NCBI GenBank assembly: GCA_947649575.1
Contig: CANSRZ010000003.1
Coordinates: forward strand, 35,996 to 99,995
Origin: an uncultured Clostridia bacterium
GTDB lineage: Bacteria > Bacillota > Clostridia > Christensenellales > UBA1242
Direction of reading: 5' to 3'
Length of the DNA stretch: 64,000 bases
The notes under the pieces are model-generated. The model searched no databases. It saw only the letters and a program-made list of their open reading frames with translations, and was not told the DNA's origin. Position 1 is the stretch's first letter. The number at the start of each line of letters is the position of its first letter. Position numbers and translations under genes: made by a program. This document shows, piece after piece, positions 29,116 through 38,209 of this stretch.

Positions 29116-29269
29116 AATCAACTTTATTATATATGTTTTTTGCAAATAAAGTCAACTTTTGGAAGAAAATTTAACAAATTTGCACAATATTTTGAAGATT
29201 TTTTATAAAAGCATATTGACTTACATCAAAAATTGTGCTAAAATATAGTTGAATTTGGAGGTATTATAT

Positions 29270-30055
29270 ATGTTTACAAACCTTACAGTAACTCAATTAG
29301 TTGCTTTCATCTTAGGAATTGTCTTTTCTATCATCTCAATCGCTTGTTGCTTCTTTGCTTACAAATGGTCAAAAAAGTTTAAAAGCAGAGTCCTTGCCTG
29401 CACCATCACAATGATTGCTCCTTTCATAGCAATCGCATCATGGTTCTTCTTGATTTTCAGCTTTGTAAAAGGTTTGAAAAATGATGAAGTGCTTAACTTG
29501 TTTGTTTCACTTGCACTATCAATTGTTGCTTGCTTTATGATTTTGATTGTGTCTTCACTTTTATATCGCAAGAACAAAGCAAGACTTGCAGAACTTGAAA
29601 AACAAGCAGAAGAAAAAGAAAGAACAGAAAAAGCAAAAGTTCTTGCAATGGCAATGGCTGAAAGCAAAAGACTTGAAGAAGAAAGAAAAGCAAAAGAACT
29701 TGCTGAAGAACAAGCTCGTTTGGCTGAAGAAGAAATGATATCTGAACAAGCTCAAGAAATTGAGGATGAAGAAATCGTGGATGAAGAAATCGAAAGCGAG
29801 GAAGAAGAGGAAGTTATCTCAGCCGAGGATTTTGAAGAAGAGGAAGTTGAATCAGCTCCTGAAGAAATCGAAGATTATGAAGTATCAGACGAAGAAGTCG
29901 AAGAAGTTGAAGATGACTCTGAAAACTTTGAAGAAACTGAAGATGAAGAAATCTTTGAGGAAGAAGCAGAAACTGAAGAAGTTGAGGAATTGGAAGAAGA
30001 GTCAGAAGAAGTTGAAGAGAACTCAACTGAAGAAGACACTGACGACGAAGAATAA
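29270..30055 (+). CDS. Hypothetical membrane protein (4 TM) with a coiled-coil and an extremely acidic (Glu/Asp) C-terminal tail
   Basis: GGAGG RBS 8 nt before ATG 29270. The tail reads EEIESEEEEEVISAEDFEEEEVESAPEEIEDYEVSDEEVEEVEDD... and a terminator hairpin follows. Confidence 0.7.
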   Translation: MFTNLTVTQLVAFILGIVFSIISIACCFFAYKWSKKFKSRVLACTITMIAPFIAIASWFFLIFSFVKGLKNDEVLNLFVSLALSIVACFMILIVSSLLYRKNKARLAELEKQAEEKERTEKAKVLAMAMAESKRLEEERKAKELAEEQARLAEEEMISEQAQEIEDEEIVDEEIESEEEEEVISAEDFEEEEVESAPEEIEDYEVSDEEVEEVEDDSENFEETEDEEIFEEEAETEEVEELEEESEEVEENSTEEDTDDEE

Positions 30056-30060
30056 TAAAC

Positions 30061-30093
30061 AAAAAATATCCGCAAGCAAGCGGATATTTTTTT
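30061..30093. terminator. Bidirectional intrinsic terminator
   Basis: ATATCCGC-aagcaa-GCGGATAT with flanking A- and T-runs, between convergent genes. Confidence 0.8.
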
Positions 30094-30103
30094 ATTCATT
30101 AAG

Positions 30104-31123
30104 TTAAACTTCTGGAGTGACTGAAGCAAATGTCACTGTTCCAGCAAAACCTTTCACTGTTTCTAAAGCAAATGGAGCAATTTCATCATAGCTTGTAAAG
30201 TTAACAAAATAAACTTTATCTTCATTTTCAAACACAAAGCAAACTGATGTTGATGCAAGTGTTTGAGCATCCTCTTCTTTCACTTCAAAATATACAAGGT
30301 TGCCATCTTCTTGAAGTTCTGGGCAATCAGCCTCTTCAAAAGTATCAACTAAGAAAGCATTGGCATAATCTTTTACAGTTGGCTCAGTAGAATCAACAAA
30401 TGTAAAGCTGTCTTTGTTTTTTGTAGAAACTGAGAAAGTGCTAAATTGATTTGTTGTAAGTTCAAAATAAGTTCCAGCAACTGTATCTTTTGAAGCATTA
30501 AATTCATTAGTCAATGAAATATTCAAGCCAAGGTCTGTCTCAAAGTCTTTTGCAGTCACAGCCTCTGGTTCAGTCATATTATACTTTGCTGATTTTGCAA
30601 ATTCTTCAAACTTGTTTTTGCATTTATTTGCATCTTCTCTAAAGCATGTGAAATCGACAGTGAAGAAAGCATCAGCACTTCTATAAATATAAGATTGTGT
30701 ATAGAATGCATCACCATCCAAAGAATAATTATATTCAAAATTTGCAAAGCCATTTTCTGCATCAACTTTTACAGAACTTGCTGTCACACCCAAAGGAATG
30801 CTATCCCTTGTATAAATAAGTGCTACAGCAAACTGTTTGCAAGACATTACATCAGGATTATAGCCAAGCTGTTTAACCTCTTCAAAAGTTTGTTTGCTTA
30901 ACATAAACAGCATTTCATCAGTTGCAGCTGCATATGTCCCCGCTTCAGTTGTAGACTCCACCTTAAACTCTTTAGTAAGCGTGATCGAAAGTCCTAAGCC
31001 TGTGTCAAACTCTTTAGGTTTCTTTTTTGCATTGTTTGCAAGATAAACACCCAAAAAGCCAAGCGCAAACACAAGAACACAAACAACTATATATATTATT
31101 TTCTTTGTTTTTGTCTTTTCCAT
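30104..31123 (-). CDS. Hypothetical signal-anchored exported protein with an internal two-fold domain duplication
   Basis: AAAGGAG RBS before MEKTKTKKIIYIVVCVLVFALGFLGVYL. The two halves start with TGLGLSITLTKEFKVESTTEAGTY and TDLGLNISLTNEFNASKDTVAGTY. Confidence 0.65.
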   Translation of the reverse strand: MEKTKTKKIIYIVVCVLVFALGFLGVYLANNAKKKPKEFDTGLGLSITLTKEFKVESTTEAGTYAAATDEMLFMLSKQTFEEVKQLGYNPDVMSCKQFAVALIYTRDSIPLGVTASSVKVDAENGFANFEYNYSLDGDAFYTQSYIYRSADAFFTVDFTCFREDANKCKNKFEEFAKSAKYNMTEPEAVTAKDFETDLGLNISLTNEFNASKDTVAGTYFELTTNQFSTFSVSTKNKDSFTFVDSTEPTVKDYANAFLVDTFEEADCPELQEDGNLVYFEVKEEDAQTLASTSVCFVFENEDKVYFVNFTSYDEIAPFALETVKGFAGTVTFASVTPEV

Positions 31124-31235
31124 AAAAACTCCTTTTTTCGATATTATTATAACCAAATTATAGTATGTTATGTCAAGCAAAATGACAAAAATTCGTAAAT
31201 TTTTATCAATTTCAACAAAAAAAGCCTTAATGTAA

Positions 31236-32207
31236 CTAAGGCTTTTTGATGTCTATTTCTTGATTATATAAAGTTATAACTTGAGTAGCAGACACATGAC
31301 TTTCAACTGTCACGCCAAAAGCAGGATTTGTCCCCACCAAGTTCCCCTCTGTTTGCATTTTAAAAATTTGAGCGTTATCTTTATAGATATAAAATGTATA
31401 AGTTGCATCAATTCCCCTAACATTAGCCATATCGCCAGTGCTTTCAAAAAAGTGGAGATATCTGTCTGTCCAAACAGCAGTGTTAATAACCTTTGCATTT
31501 ATGATATAATACTCTTTTCCATTTTGATCAATTTGCGTAAGCGTTGTGGCATTAAAATATTGAGTAGAAAAATCTATTAGTGGTCTTTCGGCAACAAGAA
31601 AAGCTTGCGCATCAATAAATTCAGGTTCTGTAAATTCAGTCTTCATAGCCGAAGAGAAATCATAATTAAAATCTGGCGTTTGATAACGAGTATAAGAATT
31701 GCCCTCTTTATAATAGCCTCTTATATAGTTTGAAGCCTGATCGCTCATTGGCCCCTCAGCTTTGAATTTAAAAATTTCATAAGCTTTATCCTTGCATTTA
31801 TCAGCCGTTCCACTAACATATTGCTTAACTGTTATTTTTGAGCCAAGAACAATTGCATCATTTGTTAAAACAGCGGAATAATTTGACTTATATCCCTCTC
31901 CGTCATACAGTTTGTCAAACGCATAATTCAATAATTTGATTGGATATTTATAACTTGGCACATTTGGATCAAACTCTTCGTCAGGCAAAGCAGGCTCTTC
32001 ATCGGGCTGACTTGGATTGCTAGGAACTGTTGGCTGTGATGTATTATTTTGATCGCCTGTATTTCCTCCACTTCCAGAATTGCCAACGTCAGGCACAACA
32101 ACCTCAGGAGTAACAGCAATCACATAAGTGCTTATGCCAAAAGCACCTATGACAAGCACAAGCAAAACCGAAAATATAATGTTGTAAACATTCTTTTTAA
32201 ATTTCAT
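31236..32207 (-). CDS. Paralog C of a tandem triplet of signal-anchored exported proteins (unknown family)
   Basis: MKFKKNVYNIIFSVLLVLVIGAFGISTYVIAVTP anchor, a Pro/Ser/Asn-rich linker, and a conserved body shared with 32246..33232 and 33244..34224. Confidence 0.7.
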   Translation of the reverse strand: MKFKKNVYNIIFSVLLVLVIGAFGISTYVIAVTPEVVVPDVGNSGSGGNTGDQNNTSQPTVPSNPSQPDEEPALPDEEFDPNVPSYKYPIKLLNYAFDKLYDGEGYKSNYSAVLTNDAIVLGSKITVKQYVSGTADKCKDKAYEIFKFKAEGPMSDQASNYIRGYYKEGNSYTRYQTPDFNYDFSSAMKTEFTEPEFIDAQAFLVAERPLIDFSTQYFNATTLTQIDQNGKEYYIINAKVINTAVWTDRYLHFFESTGDMANVRGIDATYTFYIYKDNAQIFKMQTEGNLVGTNPAFGVTVESHVSATQVITLYNQEIDIKKP

Positions 32208-32245
32208 TTATACCCTTTAATATATTCGCAAACTATGCCCAAAAA

Positions 32246-33232
32246 TTACTCTTCCTTTTTATCTAAGGGATTTGTCACCTCAATTTTTTGATTGTATGCA
32301 GTTACAGTTTCATTAACGGCAACACGGCAAACAAGATCAATGCCTGTGCCAGGGTTAACCCCTACGATATTGCCATCAATTTGAATTTTAAAAATCTGTG
32401 CATTGTTTTTATAAATATGGAAAGTATAACTTGCATTTTCTACTCTAACTTGTTTTAAAGCACCAGTACTTTCAAAAAACCTCATAAACTCGGCAGGCCA
32501 AGAGTCTTTATCAATGCCTGTTGCAGTAAGAACATAATACTCAACGCCGTTTTTATCAACTTGAGTGACTATTGAAGTGTTAAATTTTTCTTTAGTAAAG
32601 TCAAGAATTGGCTTATCAACCAATGCAAAGCCAAATCTTGCATTATAAGATTCTCTTGTATATTCTGTATTCCCATAAGCAGATGCATCAAACACATTGT
32701 TAGGAGTTTGCATATGATACAATTTATCGCCGTCAATGTAAAGTTTTCTTAAATAATTGGCAGCACCATTGCTTGCAGGACCTGTTGCACTATAAACAAA
32801 ATCTTCATATGCCTTATCCCCGCTTTGCTCAACATAGCCGTCAATAGTTTGTTTGATTGTTATGGCTGAGCCAAGAAGCATTGCGTCAATGTCCATTTTT
32901 ACTGAATAGTTTGCACGATAGCCGTCACTGCTGAACATTTTGTCTAACGCATAATTAAGCACTTTAAGAGGATATCTATGACTTGGAACATTTGGATCAA
33001 AGTCCAAGTCAGGATTGTTTGGATTGTCAGGATTGATATCTCCTGGATTTTGCGGATAAGACGGATCGTTATCACCTGGGTTGTTTGGGTTGTTATCTTC
33101 AGAATCTCCCGCGTCAGGAGAAACAATGGTTGGAGCAGTTGCAATAACATATGTACTCAAGCCAAAAGCGCCTATGACAAACATAAGCATAATTATGAAT
33201 ATAACATTGTAAATTTTCTTTTTAAAAACCAT
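32246..33232 (-). CDS. Paralog B of the tandem triplet of signal-anchored exported proteins
   Basis: MVFKKKIYNVIFIIMLMFVIGAFGLSTYVIATAP anchor and an Asn/Pro/Asp-rich linker. Shared motifs: FDPNVP..RYPLKVLNYALDKMF and YTFHIYKNNAQIFKIQIDGNIVGVNP. Confidence 0.7.
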   Translation of the reverse strand: MVFKKKIYNVIFIIMLMFVIGAFGLSTYVIATAPTIVSPDAGDSEDNNPNNPGDNDPSYPQNPGDINPDNPNNPDLDFDPNVPSHRYPLKVLNYALDKMFSSDGYRANYSVKMDIDAMLLGSAITIKQTIDGYVEQSGDKAYEDFVYSATGPASNGAANYLRKLYIDGDKLYHMQTPNNVFDASAYGNTEYTRESYNARFGFALVDKPILDFTKEKFNTSIVTQVDKNGVEYYVLTATGIDKDSWPAEFMRFFESTGALKQVRVENASYTFHIYKNNAQIFKIQIDGNIVGVNPGTGIDLVCRVAVNETVTAYNQKIEVTNPLDKKEE

Positions 33233-33243
33233 ATGTAACCCTA

Positions 33244-34224
33244 TTATTCCTCTCCAGCAAGAGGGCTTTCAATTTCTATTTTTTGATTGTATGCAGTTAC
33301 AACTTCATTTGCTGACACTTTGCATTCAACATCAATCCCTGTTGCGGGATTAACTCCTGTAACGTTTCCGTCAATCAAGACTTTAAAAATTTGAGCGGTA
33401 TTTTTATAAATATAAAATGTATAACTTGCATTTTTGATTTTAACATTCTTTATTGCGTTTGTACTTTCAAAGAATCTCATAAATCTTTCTGGGAAAGAAG
33501 AGGCATCAATTCCTGTTGTTGTGATGATATAAAATTCAGCACCTTTTTTATCTTTTTGAAGCACAAGTGACGCCGAAAACTTATCCGTTGTGAAATCCAA
33601 ACAAGGTCTTTCAGCCAATGAGAAGCCAAAACGATCATAATATTGGTCTTTTGTATATTCAGTCAAATAGAACTCAGATTCATCATAACTATGTTTTGGA
33701 GTTTTTAAGCGATACGCTTTATCATCTTCCATATAAAGTTTTCTTATATAATTTGCAGCATAAGTTCCCAAAGTTCCAGTGCCCTCAAACCTCAAATATT
33801 CCACGCTCTTATTGCCACTCGCTTGAACATAGCCATTGATTTTCTGATTGATTTTCACATTAGAGCCTACAACACTAGCCTTAACATCAAGATTAACGCC
33901 ACATGTTGCATGGAAGCCCGCACTATTAAACATTTTATCAAGCGCATAGTTAACAATTTTCAATGGATATTTAAAATTTGGAACGTTAGGATCAAAATAT
34001 TCTTCTGGAGCAACTGGCTCACTTGGAATTTCAGGACCTTGCGGAAGTGACGGATTATTGACATCAGGATTGTCAGGATTGTTATCATCAGGATTTTCTG
34101 CATCAGGAATAACAACAGCAGGTGCTGTTGCGATTACATATGTGCTTATGCTACAAGCGCCAATCACAAAGATTAGCAAAATAGCAAATATAACATTGTA
34201 TGCCTTTTTCTTAAATTTCATCAA
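33244..34224 (-). CDS. Paralog A of the tandem triplet of signal-anchored exported proteins
   Basis: MMKFKKKAYNVIFAILLIFVIGACSISTYVIATAP anchor. Shared motifs: FDPNVPNFKYPLKIVNYALDKMF and YTFYIYKNTAQIFKVLIDGNVTGVNP. Confidence 0.7.
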   Translation of the reverse strand: MMKFKKKAYNVIFAILLIFVIGACSISTYVIATAPAVVIPDAENPDDNNPDNPDVNNPSLPQGPEIPSEPVAPEEYFDPNVPNFKYPLKIVNYALDKMFNSAGFHATCGVNLDVKASVVGSNVKINQKINGYVQASGNKSVEYLRFEGTGTLGTYAANYIRKLYMEDDKAYRLKTPKHSYDESEFYLTEYTKDQYYDRFGFSLAERPCLDFTTDKFSASLVLQKDKKGAEFYIITTTGIDASSFPERFMRFFESTNAIKNVKIKNASYTFYIYKNTAQIFKVLIDGNVTGVNPATGIDVECKVSANEVVTAYNQKIEIESPLAGEE

Positions 34225-34314
34225 TAATCCTTATTCTATATATTACATAAAAGTGACTTTTATCAAGTCACTTTTTATTTTAACAAATATTGAATTTTTT
34301 GTCAATACATTTTA

Positions 34315-36741
34315 TTATTTTACTATAAAATTAACAATTCTTCCTGGAACAACAATAGTTTTTACTATATTTTTGCCCAAAAGTGCATTTTTAACACTCT
34401 CATTTTCTTGAACTTTTGACGCAATTTCATCATTTGAGAGATTTGTTTCAACATCAACTCTTGCCACAATCTTTGAGTTAACTTGAACTGCAATTTGAAC
34501 AACCGCCTCTGTTAAATATTTTTCATCATAATCTGGCCACTTTTGGTCAAGAATTTGAGAATCAAAAACGCGTTCAAAAATCTCGCTTGTTATGTGAGGA
34601 GCAATTGGATTAAGCAAAATCAAGAATTGTCTAAGTTCCTCTTTTGTGATAAAGCCATCATCACGAACTTTTTTGATAAATATCATAAAGCTTGCGATTG
34701 CAGTGTTAAGACGAAGTTCTTCCAAATCTTCGCCAACTTTTTTGATAAGTTTGTTAAGAGGGATAATATGTTCTTTGCTGACATCGCCATCTTTGACAAT
34801 ATCTTGAAGCGCCCAAACTTTGTTTATAAAAGAAACTATTCCGCTTATGCCGTCAAAAGTCCAAGGAGTGTTATCTTCATATCCGCCAAGGAAATGAACA
34901 TGCATTCTTGCAACATCTGTGCCATATTTATCAATCACTTCAAGCGGAGAAACGCCGTTTGTTGAACTTTTGCTCATTTTTTTGCCTTGGTCGTCAAGAA
35001 TAAGTCCGCTTCCCATTTTCTTAACAAATGGGTCACGAGTTGGAACAGCGCCAATCTCATACAAGAAATTCTGCCAGAAAAAAGAATACAAAACATGGCG
35101 AGTTATATGCTCAGTTCCGCCAGTGTAACAGTCAACACTGCCCCAATATTTAAGCTTGTCAAAATCTGCAAGAGCATTTTTATTGTGAGGGTCTGTATAG
35201 CGAAGCCAATACCAACTTGACCCTGCCCAGTTTGGCATAGTGTCAGTTTCACGTTTTGCGTCACGCCCGCACTTAGGACATTTGCAGTTCACCCAATCAG
35301 ACACTTTAGAAAGCGGACTATCACCATTCTCATTTGGCAAATAATCATTAGTTTTTGGAAGCGTCAAAGGTAAATCTTTTTCATCAAGAGCAACTGCTCC
35401 ACAATGAGGGCAATTCACAATTGGAATTGGCTCTCCCCAATAACGCTGACGATTGAAAGACCAGTCTGTCATTTTGTAATTTATCTTTTTCTCGCCTACG
35501 CCCATTTTGATAAGTTTTTCAGCAATCTTAGGCTTGCCCTCGCTGATTTTCATGCCAGAAAATTCAGCAGAATTCATAAGACGACTGTCTTTTGCCAAAT
35601 ATTCATACTTTTCAACAGCATGTTCACTTATATCGCCCTCAATAACTTGGATAATTGGCATATTAAATGCTTTTGCAAATTCAAAATCTCTTTGGTCATG
35701 AGTTGGAACTGCCATAACAGCGCCAGTACCATAGCCAGCCAGCACAAAGTCAGCCAAATATAGCGGAACTTTTGCGCTAGTCAGCGGATTAACAGCTTGC
35801 AAACCCTTTACAAGACAGCCTGTTTTTGTTTTAGTGTCGCTCATTCTGTCAAATTCGCTGCGGAGCGCTGTTTTTTCTCTATATTCTTCCACTTCATCAA
35901 AATTTTGAATATAATTTTTCAATTTATCAACAATTTTGTTTTCTGGCGCAAGAGAAAGAAAAGTTACACCATAAATTGTTTCTACGCAAGTTGTAAAAAT
36001 TTCAACCTTGTCTAAAACATTTCCGCTTTCGTCGAGCAGATTGAAAGTAACTTGCATACCCTCACTGCGTCCAATCCAGTTGCGTTGAGCCTCCTTTAAA
36101 TGCTCAGCCATTTTGACTCTGTCAACATTTTCAAGCATCTTTTCAGAATACTCTTTCATCTTTAAAAACCAAACAGAGCGCTCTTTTTGAATAACTGTAC
36201 TTCCACAGCGGTCACACTTGCCACCTTGACTATCTTCGTTTGAAAGCGTAGTTTTGCAGTTCGGGCAAAAGTTGACATAGCCAGTTTTCTTATATGCTTT
36301 GCCATGATTGAAAAGTTGAACAAAAATCCATTGAGTCCATTTGTAATAATCCTCGTCACTTGTGCAAAAAGTTCTGTCCCAGTCAAATGAAAGTCCCAAT
36401 TTTTTAAATTGTCCCCAAATGTTTTTGCTGCCATTTGCAACAAAATCATGTGGGTCAATACCTGTCTTAATAGCCGCATTTTCAGCAGGAAGCCCAAACG
36501 CGTCGCCGCCAATAGGAAACAAAACGTTATAACCCTTAAATCTTTTATATCTCGCCAAAGCGTCGGCTGGAATAGTGCCTTTCAAATGCCCCATGTGAAT
36601 GTTCCCGCTAATGTTAGGGAACTCATAAAGCACATAAAACTTAGGCTTTGTAGGATGGAAATCAACCGCTTTAAACGCCTCTTCTTTCTCCCACCTAGCC
36701 TGCCACTTTTTTTCAATTTCTTTAAAATTATATTCTTCCAT
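34315..36741 (-). CDS. leuS: Leucyl-tRNA synthetase
   Basis: Start at MEEYNFKEIEKKWQARW. HIGH-type signature (NISGNIHMGHL), KMSKS (KMSKSS), and a Zn-type CPxC...CxRC insertion. Confidence 0.95.
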   Translation of the reverse strand: MEEYNFKEIEKKWQARWEKEEAFKAVDFHPTKPKFYVLYEFPNISGNIHMGHLKGTIPADALARYKRFKGYNVLFPIGGDAFGLPAENAAIKTGIDPHDFVANGSKNIWGQFKKLGLSFDWDRTFCTSDEDYYKWTQWIFVQLFNHGKAYKKTGYVNFCPNCKTTLSNEDSQGGKCDRCGSTVIQKERSVWFLKMKEYSEKMLENVDRVKMAEHLKEAQRNWIGRSEGMQVTFNLLDESGNVLDKVEIFTTCVETIYGVTFLSLAPENKIVDKLKNYIQNFDEVEEYREKTALRSEFDRMSDTKTKTGCLVKGLQAVNPLTSAKVPLYLADFVLAGYGTGAVMAVPTHDQRDFEFAKAFNMPIIQVIEGDISEHAVEKYEYLAKDSRLMNSAEFSGMKISEGKPKIAEKLIKMGVGEKKINYKMTDWSFNRQRYWGEPIPIVNCPHCGAVALDEKDLPLTLPKTNDYLPNENGDSPLSKVSDWVNCKCPKCGRDAKRETDTMPNWAGSSWYWLRYTDPHNKNALADFDKLKYWGSVDCYTGGTEHITRHVLYSFFWQNFLYEIGAVPTRDPFVKKMGSGLILDDQGKKMSKSSTNGVSPLEVIDKYGTDVARMHVHFLGGYEDNTPWTFDGISGIVSFINKVWALQDIVKDGDVSKEHIIPLNKLIKKVGEDLEELRLNTAIASFMIFIKKVRDDGFITKEELRQFLILLNPIAPHITSEIFERVFDSQILDQKWPDYDEKYLTEAVVQIAVQVNSKIVARVDVETNLSNDEIASKVQENESVKNALLGKNIVKTIVVPGRIVNFIVK

Positions 36742-36849
36742 AAAGACCTCGCATAAATAAAGTTGGGATAATGATAGCATTAAAAAACAGAAATGTCAAA
36801 CCGCTTTACACCTTTTGCAATATTTTTTTAAATTATTTGTTAAAAAGTG

Positions 36850-36878
36850 TTGACATTTCATTGTTTTATGTGTATAAT
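36850..36878 (+). promoter_or_regulatory. Sigma-A-type promoter of the rplJ-rplL operon
   Basis: TTGACA (36850-55), a 17-nt spacer, then TATAAT (36873-78). Confidence 0.65.
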
Positions 36879-36884
36879 AGTGTT

Positions 36885-37045
36885 GTTAAAATTAAATCTT
36901 GTCCATAGACAGCAAGTGTCAATGACATAAACGCGTGTGCGTGCTTGCCGAGGAAAGTGTTTTTGAAGATTAGATTATTCTATCTCTATGCCTTTCCCGC
37001 GTGGCGTAGAGATTTTTTGTTAACATAACACAAAACTTTAAATTA
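36885..37045 (+). ncRNA. Ribosomal-protein L10 leader-type autoregulatory 5' UTR with a terminator/attenuator hairpin
   Basis: A ~175-nt structured, comparatively GC-rich leader between the promoter and rplJ. It ends in ATCTCTATGCC-tttcccgcgt-GGCGTAGAGAT plus T6 (36982-37018). Position and architecture match the Firmicutes L10 leader. No covariance model was run. Confidence 0.5.
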
Positions 37046-37060
37046 AAAGGAGAAAATACG

Positions 37061-37576
37061 ATGAGTGCTAATTTAGAAGCTAAAAAACTTGTGGTTGAAG
37101 AAATCAAAGAAAAACTTAGCAAAGCAAAATCAGTTACATTCGTTGACTATACAGGGCTTACTGTTGAAGAAGACACTGCTATGCGTCGCGAATTTAAGAA
37201 AAACGGTGCTGAGTATAAGGTTTACAAAAACAAGTTAATGCTCCTTGCACTTAACGAGCTCGGAATTAAGGGTGCTGAAGAATTTCTTCACGGCACCAGC
37301 GCAGTAGCTTTTAGTTATGATGATGAAGTAAGCGGTGCAAAAGTCGTTTGCGAAACTGCAACTAAAACAAAGAAGTTAAGCGTTAAATTTGGATTACTTA
37401 ATGGTTCTTTCGTTGAAGGCAAGGAAATTGAAGCATTGGCTAAACTTCCAAGCAAGGAAGTATTGCTTGCTAAGCTTCTTGGAACTCTTAATGCACCAGC
37501 AAGTGCACTTTGCAGAGTTCTTAATGCCCCTATCCAAGGGCTTGCAATTGCTTTAAATGCAATTGCTACAAAATAG
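37061..37576 (+). CDS. rplJ: 50S ribosomal protein L10
   Basis: AAAAGGAG RBS. KKLVVEEIKEKLSKAKSVTFVDYTGLTVEE...MRREFKKNGAEYKVYKNKL is typical of L10. Confidence 0.95.
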   Translation: MSANLEAKKLVVEEIKEKLSKAKSVTFVDYTGLTVEEDTAMRREFKKNGAEYKVYKNKLMLLALNELGIKGAEEFLHGTSAVAFSYDDEVSGAKVVCETATKTKKLSVKFGLLNGSFVEGKEIEALAKLPSKEVLLAKLLGTLNAPASALCRVLNAPIQGLAIALNAIATK

Positions 37577-37665
37577 TGGCAATGCCACTTTATATTAGTG
37601 CTTGACACACTTAAAAAGTCAAATATAAAATAAATCGTGCATAATGCACAAGGAGGAAATTAAAA

Positions 37666-38043
37666 ATGGCAGATATTACAAAAATTGTTGAAGAAATTGA
37701 AAAACTTTCAATCGTTGAAGTTTCAGAGCTCGTTAAAGCTCTTGAAGACAAATTCGGAGTAAGCGCAGCTGCTCCAGTAGCAGTAGCAGCAGCTCCAGCA
37801 GGTGCAGCAGCAGCTCCAGCAGCAGAAGAAAAAACAGAATTTGATGTTATTCTTGAAGAAGCTGGCGCAAACAAAATTGCAGTTATCAAAGTTGTTAAAG
37901 ACATCACAGGTCTTGGACTTAGTGAAGCTAAAGCTCTTGTTGATGGCGCTCCAAAAGCAATCAAAGAAAAAGTTTCAGCTAACGACGCTAAAGAAATGGA
38001 AGCTAAGCTTAAAGAAGCTGGCGCAACAGTTAAACTTAAATAA
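37666..38043 (+). CDS. rplL: 50S ribosomal protein L7/L12
   Basis: Ala-rich hinge [28 protein letters not shown] and the C-terminal domain [24 protein letters not shown]...[13 protein letters not shown]. Confidence 0.97.
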   Translation: MADITKIVEEIEKLSIVEVSELVKALEDKFGVSAAAPVAVAAAPAGAAAAPAAEEKTEFDVILEEAGANKIAVIKVVKDITGLGLSEAKALVDGAPKAIKEKVSANDAKEMEAKLKEAGATVKLK

Positions 38044-38085
38044 TCACTGGCTAAAAGAAATTGAATATAAAAGTTTTGTGTTAAA

Positions 38086-38112
38086 AAAACGAGCAGCTGC
38101 TCGTTTTTTTTA
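38086..38112 (+). terminator. Intrinsic terminator after rplL
   Basis: AAACGAGCAG-CTGCTCGTTT followed by T8. Confidence 0.8.
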
Positions 38113-38209
38113 TTTTAAAACGCGAAAGCATATAAAAAATATAGCCGCCAAGCGTTTGGGCTTGAAGTTTTGTGTTAAAAAAAAGAAGAACGTAATTGTT
38201 CTTCTTTTT

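Noticed and set aside
29359-30129. Multiple overlapping ORFs (29359..29667-, 29547..29738+, 29561..29755-, 29760..30107+, 29814..30062-, 29875..30129-)
   Set aside because: These are artefacts of the GAA/GAG-rich acidic-tail coding region of 29270..30055, which stays open in several frames on both strands.
36742-36850. T-box leaders upstream of leuS (and of cysS at 42510-42575)
   Set aside because: The leuS 5' region is only ~100 nt, with a TTGACA-17-TATCAT promoter close to the start. There is no specifier/T-box motif or terminator/antiterminator pair. cysS starts 66 nt after the MarR gene, which leaves no room for a T-box.
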